A stretch of 64,000 bases of DNA from Sedimentisphaerales bacterium (GTDB lineage: Bacteria > Planctomycetota > Phycisphaerae > Sedimentisphaerales > Anaerobacaceae), in contig JAXGYC010000011.1 of the NCBI GenBank assembly GCA_040772485.1, positions 160,001 to 224,000 of the forward strand, written 5' to 3'. Position numbers and translations under genes: made by a program. Shown here piece by piece: positions 1 through 7,931 of the stretch. Below the pieces are notes generated by a model. That model saw only the letters and a program-made list of their open reading frames with translations, did not search any database and had not been told where the DNA came from. The stretch's first letter is position 1; each line of letters opens with the position of its first letter.

Positions 1-1
1 G

Positions 2-580
2 TTGACCCGGTTTGCCCAGGCGCAGCGAGAGATCGGTCTGGCCGCCGGAGAACCCCCTGCGACGAAGGGCTACTGCCCGAGCGTGTTCAGCCTGATGCCC
101 CGGCTGATCGAACGTCTGGGCTGCGCCGGCATCGGCAGCATCACCGGCATCCTGACGGTGCTGGTGGAGAACGATGACCTGACCGACCCGGTGGCCGACA
201 GCGCCAGAAGCCTGCTGGACGGGCACATCGTCCTGTCGCGAAAGCTGGCCAGTCGCGGCCACTATCCGGCGGTGGACATCTCGCAGAGTGTCAGCCGGCT
301 GATGCCGGCGGTGGTCAGCGAAGAGCATCGCGCGGCTGCTCAGAAGCTGCGGGAAATCTACGCGACGTACGCCGACGCCGAGGACCTGATCAACATCGGG
401 GCCTTCTCGCCGGGAAGCAACCGGCGCATCGACGGCGCCATCAGCCTGATCGACCGCATCAATGAATTCCTCGTGCAGCCGGTACGTCAGAGGACCCCTT
501 TTGAGGAAACCGTCCGACGACTGACGGAGATTCGGCGCGTCTGGGACCAGTTGCTCAGTCCCGACAAGGCTCGGACGTAA
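2..580 (+). CDS. fliI: Flagellar export ATPase FliI, 5'-truncated by window edge
   Basis: TRFAQAQREIGLAAGEPPATKGY, GSITG, DDLTDPVAD, LDGHIVLSR, HYPAVD motifs; followed by fliJ-like gene. Confidence 0.95.
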   Translation: MTRFAQAQREIGLAAGEPPATKGYCPSVFSLMPRLIERLGCAGIGSITGILTVLVENDDLTDPVADSARSLLDGHIVLSRKLASRGHYPAVDISQSVSRLMPAVVSEEHRAAAQKLREIYATYADAEDLINIGAFSPGSNRRIDGAISLIDRINEFLVQPVRQRTPFEETVRRLTEIRRVWDQLLSPDKART

Positions 581-593
581 GGCGGATACGGCT

Positions 594-1106
594 ATGAGAC
601 GATTCGTATGGCGCCTCCAGAGAGTGTTGGACATCCGGACCAAGGAAGAGCAGCTCAAACGCATGGAGCTGTTTCGCCTGACCGAAACCCTGGCCATCAA
701 GCGAAGCGATCTGCTCACGCGCCAGCGCATCCTGCGGGAGATCATGGCCGAGATCACGCAGGATCGGTCGCCCGGACGTCTGGGGACCCAGGAGTTCTTC
801 CTGAGGAACGCGGACCGGGACGATCGGATCATCCGAACGCTGAAAGACGAGATCCGCGACCTGGAGGTCCGGCAGAAGGAGAAGACCGCCGAGGTCCTGG
901 CGGCCAAGAGATTCAAGGAAGGCCTGGAGAAACTGCGGGCCGAAGCCAAGGCACGCTTCCTCGAAGAGCAGGAGAGACTCGAACAGAGAGAGATGGATGA
1001 CCGAACGACCCTCAGCTTTGCACGAAGACAGTCCGATGCTCTGATGCCGCATGCGGTCTCGTCGCACGCGCATCCCGTGGATACCAGTTGGGAGCATACA
1101 CCGTGA
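594..1106 (+). CDS. fliJ: Flagellar export protein FliJ
   Basis: F-x-W-R-L-Q-R-V-L N-terminus, coiled coil, EQREMDD near C-terminus, directly after fliI. Confidence 0.8.
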   Translation: MRRFVWRLQRVLDIRTKEEQLKRMELFRLTETLAIKRSDLLTRQRILREIMAEITQDRSPGRLGTQEFFLRNADRDDRIIRTLKDEIRDLEVRQKEKTAEVLAAKRFKEGLEKLRAEAKARFLEEQERLEQREMDDRTTLSFARRQSDALMPHAVSSHAHPVDTSWEHTP

Positions 1107-1819
1107 GCAAGAAACTTCTGATAATCACTGCGGCCGCGGGATTGGTCAGCTTCCTCAGCGCGTTCGGCACCGCCTGGCTCACCAAGCCGGCCGCCGTCCA
1201 GGGCGCGGCGCCGGAGGAACCGGCTTCCGCCACCGGCCGGGGCCCGTCGCCGGCAAAGACCGCACCGACGGTCCTGGCGACCGCGCTGACCCCGGCCGAC
1301 GACAGCGCCAATACCCGCGCGATGACGGAGGAGCAGCTCAAGGAACTGATCTTCGAGGTGCGCGAGAAGATCGAAGAGTACAACACGAAGATCCTCAGTC
1401 TCGACAAGGAAAGGCAGCGTCTGGCCGTCGCCCAGCAGACCCTCCAGAAGGATGTCGCGGAACTGAACAACCTGCGGGTGGACTTGGCGGCCACCGTTGC
1501 GAATCTCCGGAACGAACGGGACATGCTCCAGAAGACACGCGTGGAAGTCGACCAGGCGGAGAAGGCGAACCTGCTGGCCATCGCGGCCGCCTACGACAAG
1601 ATGGACCCCGTTCGCGCCGGCGAAATCCTCAGCAACATGGCCATGACGCAATCGACGAGCGGCGGGGCCGCACGCAACACCAACATCGACGACGCCGTCA
1701 AGATCCTCTTCTTCATGCAGGATCGAACCAAGGCGAAGGTGCTGGCCGAACTGGCGACGAGCGAGCCGGCCCTGGCCGCCTTGTTGTGTCAGAAGCTCAA
1801 ACAGGTCACAGGAGGATAA
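1103..1819 (+). CDS. MotE/FlbB-like membrane-anchored coiled-coil flagellar protein
   Basis: GTG start with GGAG RBS at 1091; N-terminal TM, coiled coil, YDKMDPVRAGEIL and AVKILFFMQDRTKAKVL (MgtE_N-like) segments. Confidence 0.65.
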   Translation: MSKKLLIITAAAGLVSFLSAFGTAWLTKPAAVQGAAPEEPASATGRGPSPAKTAPTVLATALTPADDSANTRAMTEEQLKELIFEVREKIEEYNTKILSLDKERQRLAVAQQTLQKDVAELNNLRVDLAATVANLRNERDMLQKTRVEVDQAEKANLLAIAAAYDKMDPVRAGEILSNMAMTQSTSGGAARNTNIDDAVKILFFMQDRTKAKVLAELATSEPALAALLCQKLKQVTGG

Positions 1820-1826
1820 CGCGTCC

Positions 1827-2597
1827 ATGGACATCGCAACCATCATCGGAACCCTGCTCGGCCTGGTCGTGATCATCGGCGCGATCATCATGGGCGGCGG
1901 CGCCGCCATCTTTTTCCACGTTCCCTCGCTGTGCATCACGATCGGCGGGATGCTCTGCGCAACAATGATCCACTTCTCGCTGCCGCAGTTCCTCAGCATT
2001 TTCTCGATCATCAAGAAGACGATCATCGCCAAGATCCCGGCGCAATCCGAACTGGTCCAGAAGATGGTCAACTTCGCGGCCATCAATCGGCGCGACGGCA
2101 CGCTGGCGCTGGAGCCGGAGATCGGCAAACTGAGCGATCATTTCTTCGCCAAGGGCCTGCAACTGCTCGTGGACGGGCAGGATTCCGAGGCCATCCGGGA
2201 CATGTTGGAGCCGGAGATTCAGTATCTCCAGGAGCGTCACGCCGGAGGCAAGAAGATCCTCGAATTCATGGGAGCCGCCGCCCCCGCCTTCGGCATGATC
2301 GGCACCCTCATCGGTCTGGTCCAGATGCTCCAGAACCTCAGCTCGCCCGACCAGATCGGGGCCGGCATGGCGGTGGCCCTCATCACGACGTTCTACGGGG
2401 CATTTGCCTCCAACCTCGTGTTCATTCCCCTGGCCGGAAAACTCGGCATCTACTCCAAGGAGGAATCCGTGGCCATGGAGATGATTCTCGAAGGCGTCTG
2501 CTCCATCGCCCAGGGCGACAACCCCACCATCGTCCGCGAGCGGATGCAGGCGTTCGTCTCGCATAGCCGGCGGAAGGAAATCAAGGCAACCGTCTGA
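1827..2597 (+). CDS. motA: Stator A subunit (MotA/PomA family)
   Basis: MDIATIIG start, RRDGTLALE, KGLQLLVDG, PAFGMIGTLIGLV, AVALITTFYG. Confidence 0.95.
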   Translation: MDIATIIGTLLGLVVIIGAIIMGGGAAIFFHVPSLCITIGGMLCATMIHFSLPQFLSIFSIIKKTIIAKIPAQSELVQKMVNFAAINRRDGTLALEPEIGKLSDHFFAKGLQLLVDGQDSEAIRDMLEPEIQYLQERHAGGKKILEFMGAAAPAFGMIGTLIGLVQMLQNLSSPDQIGAGMAVALITTFYGAFASNLVFIPLAGKLGIYSKEESVAMEMILEGVCSIAQGDNPTIVRERMQAFVSHSRRKEIKATV

Positions 2598-3301
2598 TGG
2601 CCCCCAGAGGCAAACAGAAACCGCAGGAAGACGATCCGGGCGCCCCGGAATGGATGGTCACATTCAGCGACTGCATGACCCTCCTGCTGACGTTCTTCGT
2701 CCTGCTGCTGAGCTTCTCCTCGTTCGACAACAAGGTCTTTCAGAGAATGGAGTCGGCGTTTGCCGAGGGACTCTCGTCGATCGGGGTACGTCTGACCCGC
2801 ACCAACGAGACGCTGCTGCCCATACCCCGCGTGGTCCATCAACAGGACCCCGAGAAAGGCAGTGACAAACCTACGGTCGACGGGCAGTACGAATCGAATC
2901 CGAGCGAGAGTCTGGATTTCATGGACTTCCAGGATCAGAAGGTGTTTCTGGTGCCGTCGGAAGACATCTTTCTGGGTCTTGGCACCCGGACCAGCGGTCA
3001 CGGCCGCCAAATGCTGACCGACGTGGCGGCCCTGCTGAAGGCGGTGCCCAACCGAGTGATCGTCAGCGAGCACGCGCTGGAGGCCGGCCAGGAGGCCTCC
3101 GACGAAATCGGGCTGGGCCGGGCCTGGACAATCGCCCAGTTCCTGACAGACGGCCAGGGCGTCGCCAAAACCCGACTGAGCATCACTTCGGCGGCCACCG
3201 TGGACCCCGAGACGCTGCGTCACAGCGGGCTGGCAGCCCTGAAACCGGGAGTCTCCCGGGTGGTCGAGATCGTCATTCTGGAACGGAGCACATACAATTG
3301 A
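2597..3301 (+). CDS. motB: Stator B subunit, copy 1
   Basis: PEWMVTFSDCMTLLLTFFVLL TM motif with essential Asp; degenerate OmpA-like C-terminus. Confidence 0.88.
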   Translation: MAPRGKQKPQEDDPGAPEWMVTFSDCMTLLLTFFVLLLSFSSFDNKVFQRMESAFAEGLSSIGVRLTRTNETLLPIPRVVHQQDPEKGSDKPTVDGQYESNPSESLDFMDFQDQKVFLVPSEDIFLGLGTRTSGHGRQMLTDVAALLKAVPNRVIVSEHALEAGQEASDEIGLGRAWTIAQFLTDGQGVAKTRLSITSAATVDPETLRHSGLAALKPGVSRVVEIVILERSTYN

Positions 3302-4068
3302 GATCGCGGATTCCGTCACCTCCGGAAGAGAAGCAGAAGGTTCCGGCCTATATCGTCACCTTCTCCGACATGGTGACGCTGCTGCTGACGTTCTTCGTGC
3401 TGCTGCTGTCGCTGGCGACCGTGCAGGACCCGGAGCTGTTCAATCAGGGTCGCGATTCCTTCCGGGAGGCCATCAATCTGTGTGGTCTGGGAGTGCTTCT
3501 GGGCAACAAACCGGTCCCGAATCTGGACGCCCCTGCAACGAAGTACCGCACCTCCGACCCGGAGACGACGTCGGACCGGACCCTCGATGAATACCGCGAA
3601 AAGCTCCGGCGGATCTTCGAGCGTCTCAACCAGTCGATGAGCACGCTGCCTTCGCAGATCGTCGGTCATCGCCTCGACTTCTCGATCACGGCCGTGCGGT
3701 TCGAGCCCGGCCAGGCCCTGCTCAACGAGGAGGCCCGTCAGTATCTGTCGAGATACTGCCTCGACCTCCAGCAGAACCTCCGTGCCGAAACCTGTACCCT
3801 GTATGTCCTCGGGCTGGCAGGCGACGAGTCGACGGAGCGACAACAGTGGATGCTCTCGGCCCGCCGCGCGCAGGCGGTCGCCGGATTCCTGGAGGAACAG
3901 TTGGCCCAGACCTTGGTTGCTCGACCGGGAGCTTCTGCGCCCCAGGAGGCCCCCCCATGGCGCATTCTGTGGTGGGGAGCCGGCCCGGGCGGCAACTGGG
4001 CAGGCCAGGACCGCCCCGATCCCGGGCAGTCGCAGATTCTCATCGCCATGCTGAAATCGGGCCCCTGA
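3298..4068 (+). CDS. motB: Stator B subunit, copy 2
   Basis: TTG start overlapping previous stop; PAYIVTFSDMVTLLLTFFVLL; WMLSARRAQAV OmpA-like motif. Confidence 0.85.
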   Translation: MRSRIPSPPEEKQKVPAYIVTFSDMVTLLLTFFVLLLSLATVQDPELFNQGRDSFREAINLCGLGVLLGNKPVPNLDAPATKYRTSDPETTSDRTLDEYREKLRRIFERLNQSMSTLPSQIVGHRLDFSITAVRFEPGQALLNEEARQYLSRYCLDLQQNLRAETCTLYVLGLAGDESTERQQWMLSARRAQAVAGFLEEQLAQTLVARPGASAPQEAPPWRILWWGAGPGGNWAGQDRPDPGQSQILIAMLKSGP

Positions 4069-4188
4069 CATTGATCGTGTCAAGTTTTTCGACAGTCTGA
4101 CCATTCTTCAGTCGTCCCGACGTCCGGCGGAACGGCCGAAATCCCTCTGACGCCATCGAAAGGCCCTCTTTGACAGGCCCCAGGGTCC

Positions 4189-4204
4189 CGGCACACCGTT
4201 TGCA
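4189..4204 (+). promoter_or_regulatory. sigma54 -24/-12 promoter upstream of fliO
   Basis: CGGCAC-ACCGT-TTGCA; GG-N10-GC spacing exact. Confidence 0.75.
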
Positions 4205-4309
4205 CATCTGCTCATGATGCGGCACCTCGACCGTCATTGGGACGCGTCAGGCCGCCGCCGGCAGAGCTCCTTCGCAAGCCGTACCGGCCAGAACGATTTC
4301 GAGGTCCGT

Positions 4310-4795
4310 GTGAACGATCTGAAGAAAAGGAAGACACTGGTGATATTCGCCGCGGTCGTCGCCGCCGGCGGGCTGATCGGCTTTGCCGCTCGCGCGACCG
4401 ATCAGGAGAAACCAGCCCCTGTCCCACCGGCGCAGAGAACCCTGTTCGATGATCCCAGCTTCGCCCAGCCGGGTCCCGAGACGTCAGGCAATCTCGGCAA
4501 CAAGGAGCTGTTCTTCAAGATGATGCTCTCGGTCCTGCTCGTCGTGGGCCTGGGCGTCGGCGCCCTGTACCTGTCCAAGAGGGTGCTTCCCAACCTCACC
4601 AAGGCGTGCGGCAAAGAGATTCGCGTCGTCGAAACCACCTATCTCGGACCGCGCAAGGCGCTGCACCTGGTGGAGATCGGCAACCAGAGACTGCTGATCG
4701 GCAGCACCAACGAGAGCATTGCCGCCCTGGCCCACGTCGGGGACACCTGGCTGGACCTGCCCAGGCAGGACATCGACAATCCGGTGAGTGCATAG
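4310..4795 (+). CDS. fliO: Flagellar biogenesis protein FliO
   Basis: GTG with GAGG RBS; TM then IRVVETTYLGPRKALHLVEIGNQRLLIG; precedes fliP. Confidence 0.85.
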   Translation: MNDLKKRKTLVIFAAVVAAGGLIGFAARATDQEKPAPVPPAQRTLFDDPSFAQPGPETSGNLGNKELFFKMMLSVLLVVGLGVGALYLSKRVLPNLTKACGKEIRVVETTYLGPRKALHLVEIGNQRLLIGSTNESIAALAHVGDTWLDLPRQDIDNPVSA

Positions 4796-5638
4796 ATGAT
4801 GGCGATTCGAACCACCTTGACGGCGATGCTGCTGGTCCTTGGGGCAGCGGTCACGGCGTCGCACGGGCAGATGGCCGGCCCGATCGCGCCGCTGCCGTTG
4901 CCCGGGGCGCCGTCCGACTCGACCACCGTTCCGCCATCGAACAACGTGCCGAGCCTGAACGACCTGGCGACCGTCCTCGACAAGGCCACCGCCAAAGAGG
5001 CGGAGGGCCGCGACTGGTCCACGCCCGTCAAGCTCGTCATCATCTTCAGCGGCCTGGCGATTCTGCCAAGCCTGCTGATGATGATGACGTCGTTCACCCG
5101 GATCGTGATCGTGTTGTCCTTCGCGCGGCGGGCCTTGAGCACCCAGAGCATACCCCCGACGGTGGCGGTCATCGGCCTGGCCCTGTTTCTGACGCTGTAC
5201 ACGATGGCCCCGACGTACGCCAAGGTCAACACGGAAGCGATCCAGCCCTATCTCGCCGACAAGATCGACTTCACCAAGGCCACCGACACGGCGGCCGGGT
5301 GCATCAAGGAGTTCATGCTGCGTCAGAGCCGGCGCAACGACCTGGCGCTCTTCGTCCAGATGGCCAAGGTCGCTCCGCCGACCACGCCCATGGGCATCCC
5401 GCTGCACATCGTCATCCCGGCCTTCATCATCAGCGAATTCCGCACCGCCTTCGAGATCGGCTGCCTCCTGTTCATCCCGTTTCTGCTGATCGACATGGTC
5501 ATCGCCAGCGTGCTGCTCAGCGCGGGCATGATGATGCTGCCGCCCGTGATGATTTCGCTGCCGTTCAAGCTGATCCTGTTCATCCTGGTCGACGGCTGGG
5601 GGCTGCTGGCCAAGAGCCTCAGCCTCGGGTTCCAGTGA
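4796..5638 (+). CDS. fliP: Export gate protein FliP
   Basis: MMTSFTRIVIVLS, PAFIISE, PFLLIDMVIASVL, GMMMLPPVMISLPFKLILFILVDGW. Confidence 0.97.
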   Translation: MMAIRTTLTAMLLVLGAAVTASHGQMAGPIAPLPLPGAPSDSTTVPPSNNVPSLNDLATVLDKATAKEAEGRDWSTPVKLVIIFSGLAILPSLLMMMTSFTRIVIVLSFARRALSTQSIPPTVAVIGLALFLTLYTMAPTYAKVNTEAIQPYLADKIDFTKATDTAAGCIKEFMLRQSRRNDLALFVQMAKVAPPTTPMGIPLHIVIPAFIISEFRTAFEIGCLLFIPFLLIDMVIASVLLSAGMMMLPPVMISLPFKLILFILVDGWGLLAKSLSLGFQ

Positions 5639-5688
5639 TGACCGGCCCCGGCCGCAACGGCACACCCTGACAAAGAGGACTGGAATCT

Positions 5689-5958
5689 ATGGATAACAGC
5701 TACGTGCTCTACCTGGGAAGACATACGCTGGAGACCGCCTTGCTCCTGTCGGCGCCGATCCTGATCACCTGCATGGCCGTGGGCGTCATCGTCACCCTGC
5801 TCCAGGCGGTCACGTCCATTCGCGACATGACGCTGACCATCGTGCCGAAGCTGCTGGCCGTCTGCGCCGTCAGCCTGCTGTTCGGCAGTTGGATGCTCCA
5901 GATCGCCTTGCGGTTCACCGCCGAAATCTTCGCACAGATTCAGCATATCAAGTACTGA
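5689..5958 (+). CDS. fliQ: Export gate protein FliQ
   Basis: 89 aa; LQAVTSIRDMTLTIVPK motif. Confidence 0.93.
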   Translation: MDNSYVLYLGRHTLETALLLSAPILITCMAVGVIVTLLQAVTSIRDMTLTIVPKLLAVCAVSLLFGSWMLQIALRFTAEIFAQIQHIKY

Positions 5959-5972
5959 CGGCGGAGGCCTCG

Positions 5973-6716
5973 ATGCTCGAAATCCTGCTCGGCTTCACCC
6001 TGGTCCTGACGCGCATCTCCGCCTTCTTCCTGATCCTTCCCGTCTTCGGGTGGCAGGCGATCCCGATGCAGATCAAGGTGGCCGCAACCGTGGTTCTCTC
6101 GGTCTTCTTCGCCGCCGTCGTGCCGCTCGGCATCGACGTAGCCGAGATCTCCACGCTCAAGGCGATGCTGTTGCTGGCCGGGGAAGCCACCTACGGCCTG
6201 GCCCTCGGAGTGATCGTCAGCTCGCTGTTTTCGGTGGTCAGGCTCAGCGGCCAGATTGTCGAGCGTGAGATGGGACTGACGATGGCCGAGATTCTGGACC
6301 CGTTGACCGGAGAGAACGGTCAGCCGCTCGGCGGTCTGCTGGAGATGATCTTCGTCCTGTTGTTCCTCAGCGCCAACGGGCACCATCTGTTCCTGCTGAT
6401 CCTCTCGAAGAGCTACACCGCCTTCCCGGCCGGCACGATCCCGACGATCCAGATGCTGACCGGAGGGGTGCTCACGGCCGGCTCGGCCATGCTGATCGCG
6501 GCGCTGCGTCTGGCGGCTCCCATGTTGGCGGCGTTCATGGTCCTCATGGTGGCGTTGGCCCTGCTGGCGCGGCTGGTTCCCGAGATGAACATTCTCTTCA
6601 TCAGTATGCCGGTGCGCATCGGTCTGGGGCTGATTATGGCCGCGACGTTTCTGCCCTTCCTCAATGGGTATGTGACGGAGATGGCCGGTTGGATGGCGAA
6701 GCTGCTGCCGCTTTAG
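5973..6716 (+). CDS. fliR: Export gate protein FliR
   Basis: ATG with GGAGG RBS; multi-TM; MGLTMAEILDP, NGHHLFL, RLVPEMNIL. Confidence 0.93.
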   Translation: MLEILLGFTLVLTRISAFFLILPVFGWQAIPMQIKVAATVVLSVFFAAVVPLGIDVAEISTLKAMLLLAGEATYGLALGVIVSSLFSVVRLSGQIVEREMGLTMAEILDPLTGENGQPLGGLLEMIFVLLFLSANGHHLFLLILSKSYTAFPAGTIPTIQMLTGGVLTAGSAMLIAALRLAAPMLAAFMVLMVALALLARLVPEMNILFISMPVRIGLGLIMAATFLPFLNGYVTEMAGWMAKLLPL

Positions 6717-6720
6717 AAGG

Positions 6721-6800
6721 ATGATTGATTGTGGATGATTGACGATGGCAGAAGCGGGACGTTCTCCCAACCATCAATCATCAATGATCCATAGTCAGTC
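6721..6800. repeat. Imperfect inverted array of heptamer repeats between fliR and flhB
   Basis: ATGATTG ATTGTGG ATGATTG ACGATGG ... CCATCAA TCATCAA TGATCCA TAGTCAG; the two arms are approximate reverse complements. Confidence 0.6.
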
Positions 6801-6806
6801 TCGACG

Positions 6807-7889
6807 ATGGCCGACAAACCTGCTGCCGAAAGGACAGAGCAACCGACCCCGCGAAAGCTGGGGAAGGCCCGCGAAAAAGGGCAGGTCCCGCAGAGCCAGG
6901 ACCTGGGCTCGGCAGTTACACTTCTGGTGTTGTTTCTGAGTGTCGCGCTGCTGGCGCCCGGCCTGTTGCGCTGGGCCAAGGGCCAGGTCGAAGCTAGCGT
7001 GTCCGGGCAGATCGGCCCCATGGCCGACGCCGACACGTTTGCGGCGTACCTGAACGCCAATATCGTGGACGCGGTTGTCGTCATGCTGCCCATCCTGGCC
7101 GCCATCAGTGTGGCCGGAATTGCCGCCAGCATCGCCATCGGGGGCGTGACGTTCAGTGCCGGGGCCGTGGGATTCAAGTGGGATGCCATCAATCCCGTCT
7201 CCGTCATCCAGAGACTCGGCAACGTGCGGTCGCTGGTGCGCCTGATCAGCTCGATCGCCAAGCTGCTCATCGTCGGTCTGATCGTCTGGCTCTACCTGCG
7301 GGACAAGCTGGAGACCATGGCCGCCCTCCGTTGGGCCTGGTCCTCGCAGTTGATCGGTTCCATCGCGTCGATGACCTTCGGCCTCGGGATCCGGGTGGGC
7401 ATCGCCGTCATCATCCTCGGGCTGGCCGACGCCCTCTATCAGAAGTGGCAGTACATTCAAGAGCTGAAGATGACCCGGCAGGAGGTCAAACAGGAGCGCA
7501 AAGACAGCGAAGGCTCGCCGGAAATCAAGGGCCGAATCCGCCGCATTCAGATCCAGATGTCGATGAAACGCCTGATCCGCGAGGTGCCCAAAGCCAGCGT
7601 CATCCTGGTGAACCCGACCCACGTCGCGGTCGCGCTGCGGTATGAAGCCAAGACCATGGACGCGCCTGTCCTGCTGGCCAAGGGCGCCGACCACGTGGCG
7701 CAGAAGATCATCGCCATCGGGCGTTCGTACGGGATTCCGATCGTCCGACGGCCGGAAGTCGCCCGCGCCATCTACGCCTCCGTCCAGCCGGGACAGCGCA
7801 TACCGGAATCGCTCTACATGGCGGTGGCGGAAGTTCTGGCGATGATCTACCGCCTGCGGCAAAGCCGCAAGGCGAAGGCCCGAAGGTAG
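6807..7889 (+). CDS. flhB: Export switch protein FlhB
   Basis: RTEQPTPRKL, GQVPQS, LKMTRQEVKQE, EGSPEIK and NPTH autocleavage motif. Confidence 0.97.
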   Translation: MADKPAAERTEQPTPRKLGKAREKGQVPQSQDLGSAVTLLVLFLSVALLAPGLLRWAKGQVEASVSGQIGPMADADTFAAYLNANIVDAVVVMLPILAAISVAGIAASIAIGGVTFSAGAVGFKWDAINPVSVIQRLGNVRSLVRLISSIAKLLIVGLIVWLYLRDKLETMAALRWAWSSQLIGSIASMTFGLGIRVGIAVIILGLADALYQKWQYIQELKMTRQEVKQERKDSEGSPEIKGRIRRIQIQMSMKRLIREVPKASVILVNPTHVAVALRYEAKTMDAPVLLAKGADHVAQKIIAIGRSYGIPIVRRPEVARAIYASVQPGQRIPESLYMAVAEVLAMIYRLRQSRKAKARR

Positions 7890-7931
7890 TGCCAGCGGGC
7901 CGACGAGACCGGCCTTCTTCCCGGCAGGCGC

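Noticed and set aside
5658..5675. CGGCAC upstream of fliQ as a sigma54 promoter
   Set aside because: No TTGC -12 element at the required spacing
2..7889. Injectisome (non-flagellar T3SS) interpretation of the export genes
   Set aside because: Stator, rod, hook, ring, cap, fliO and fliA genes identify a flagellum
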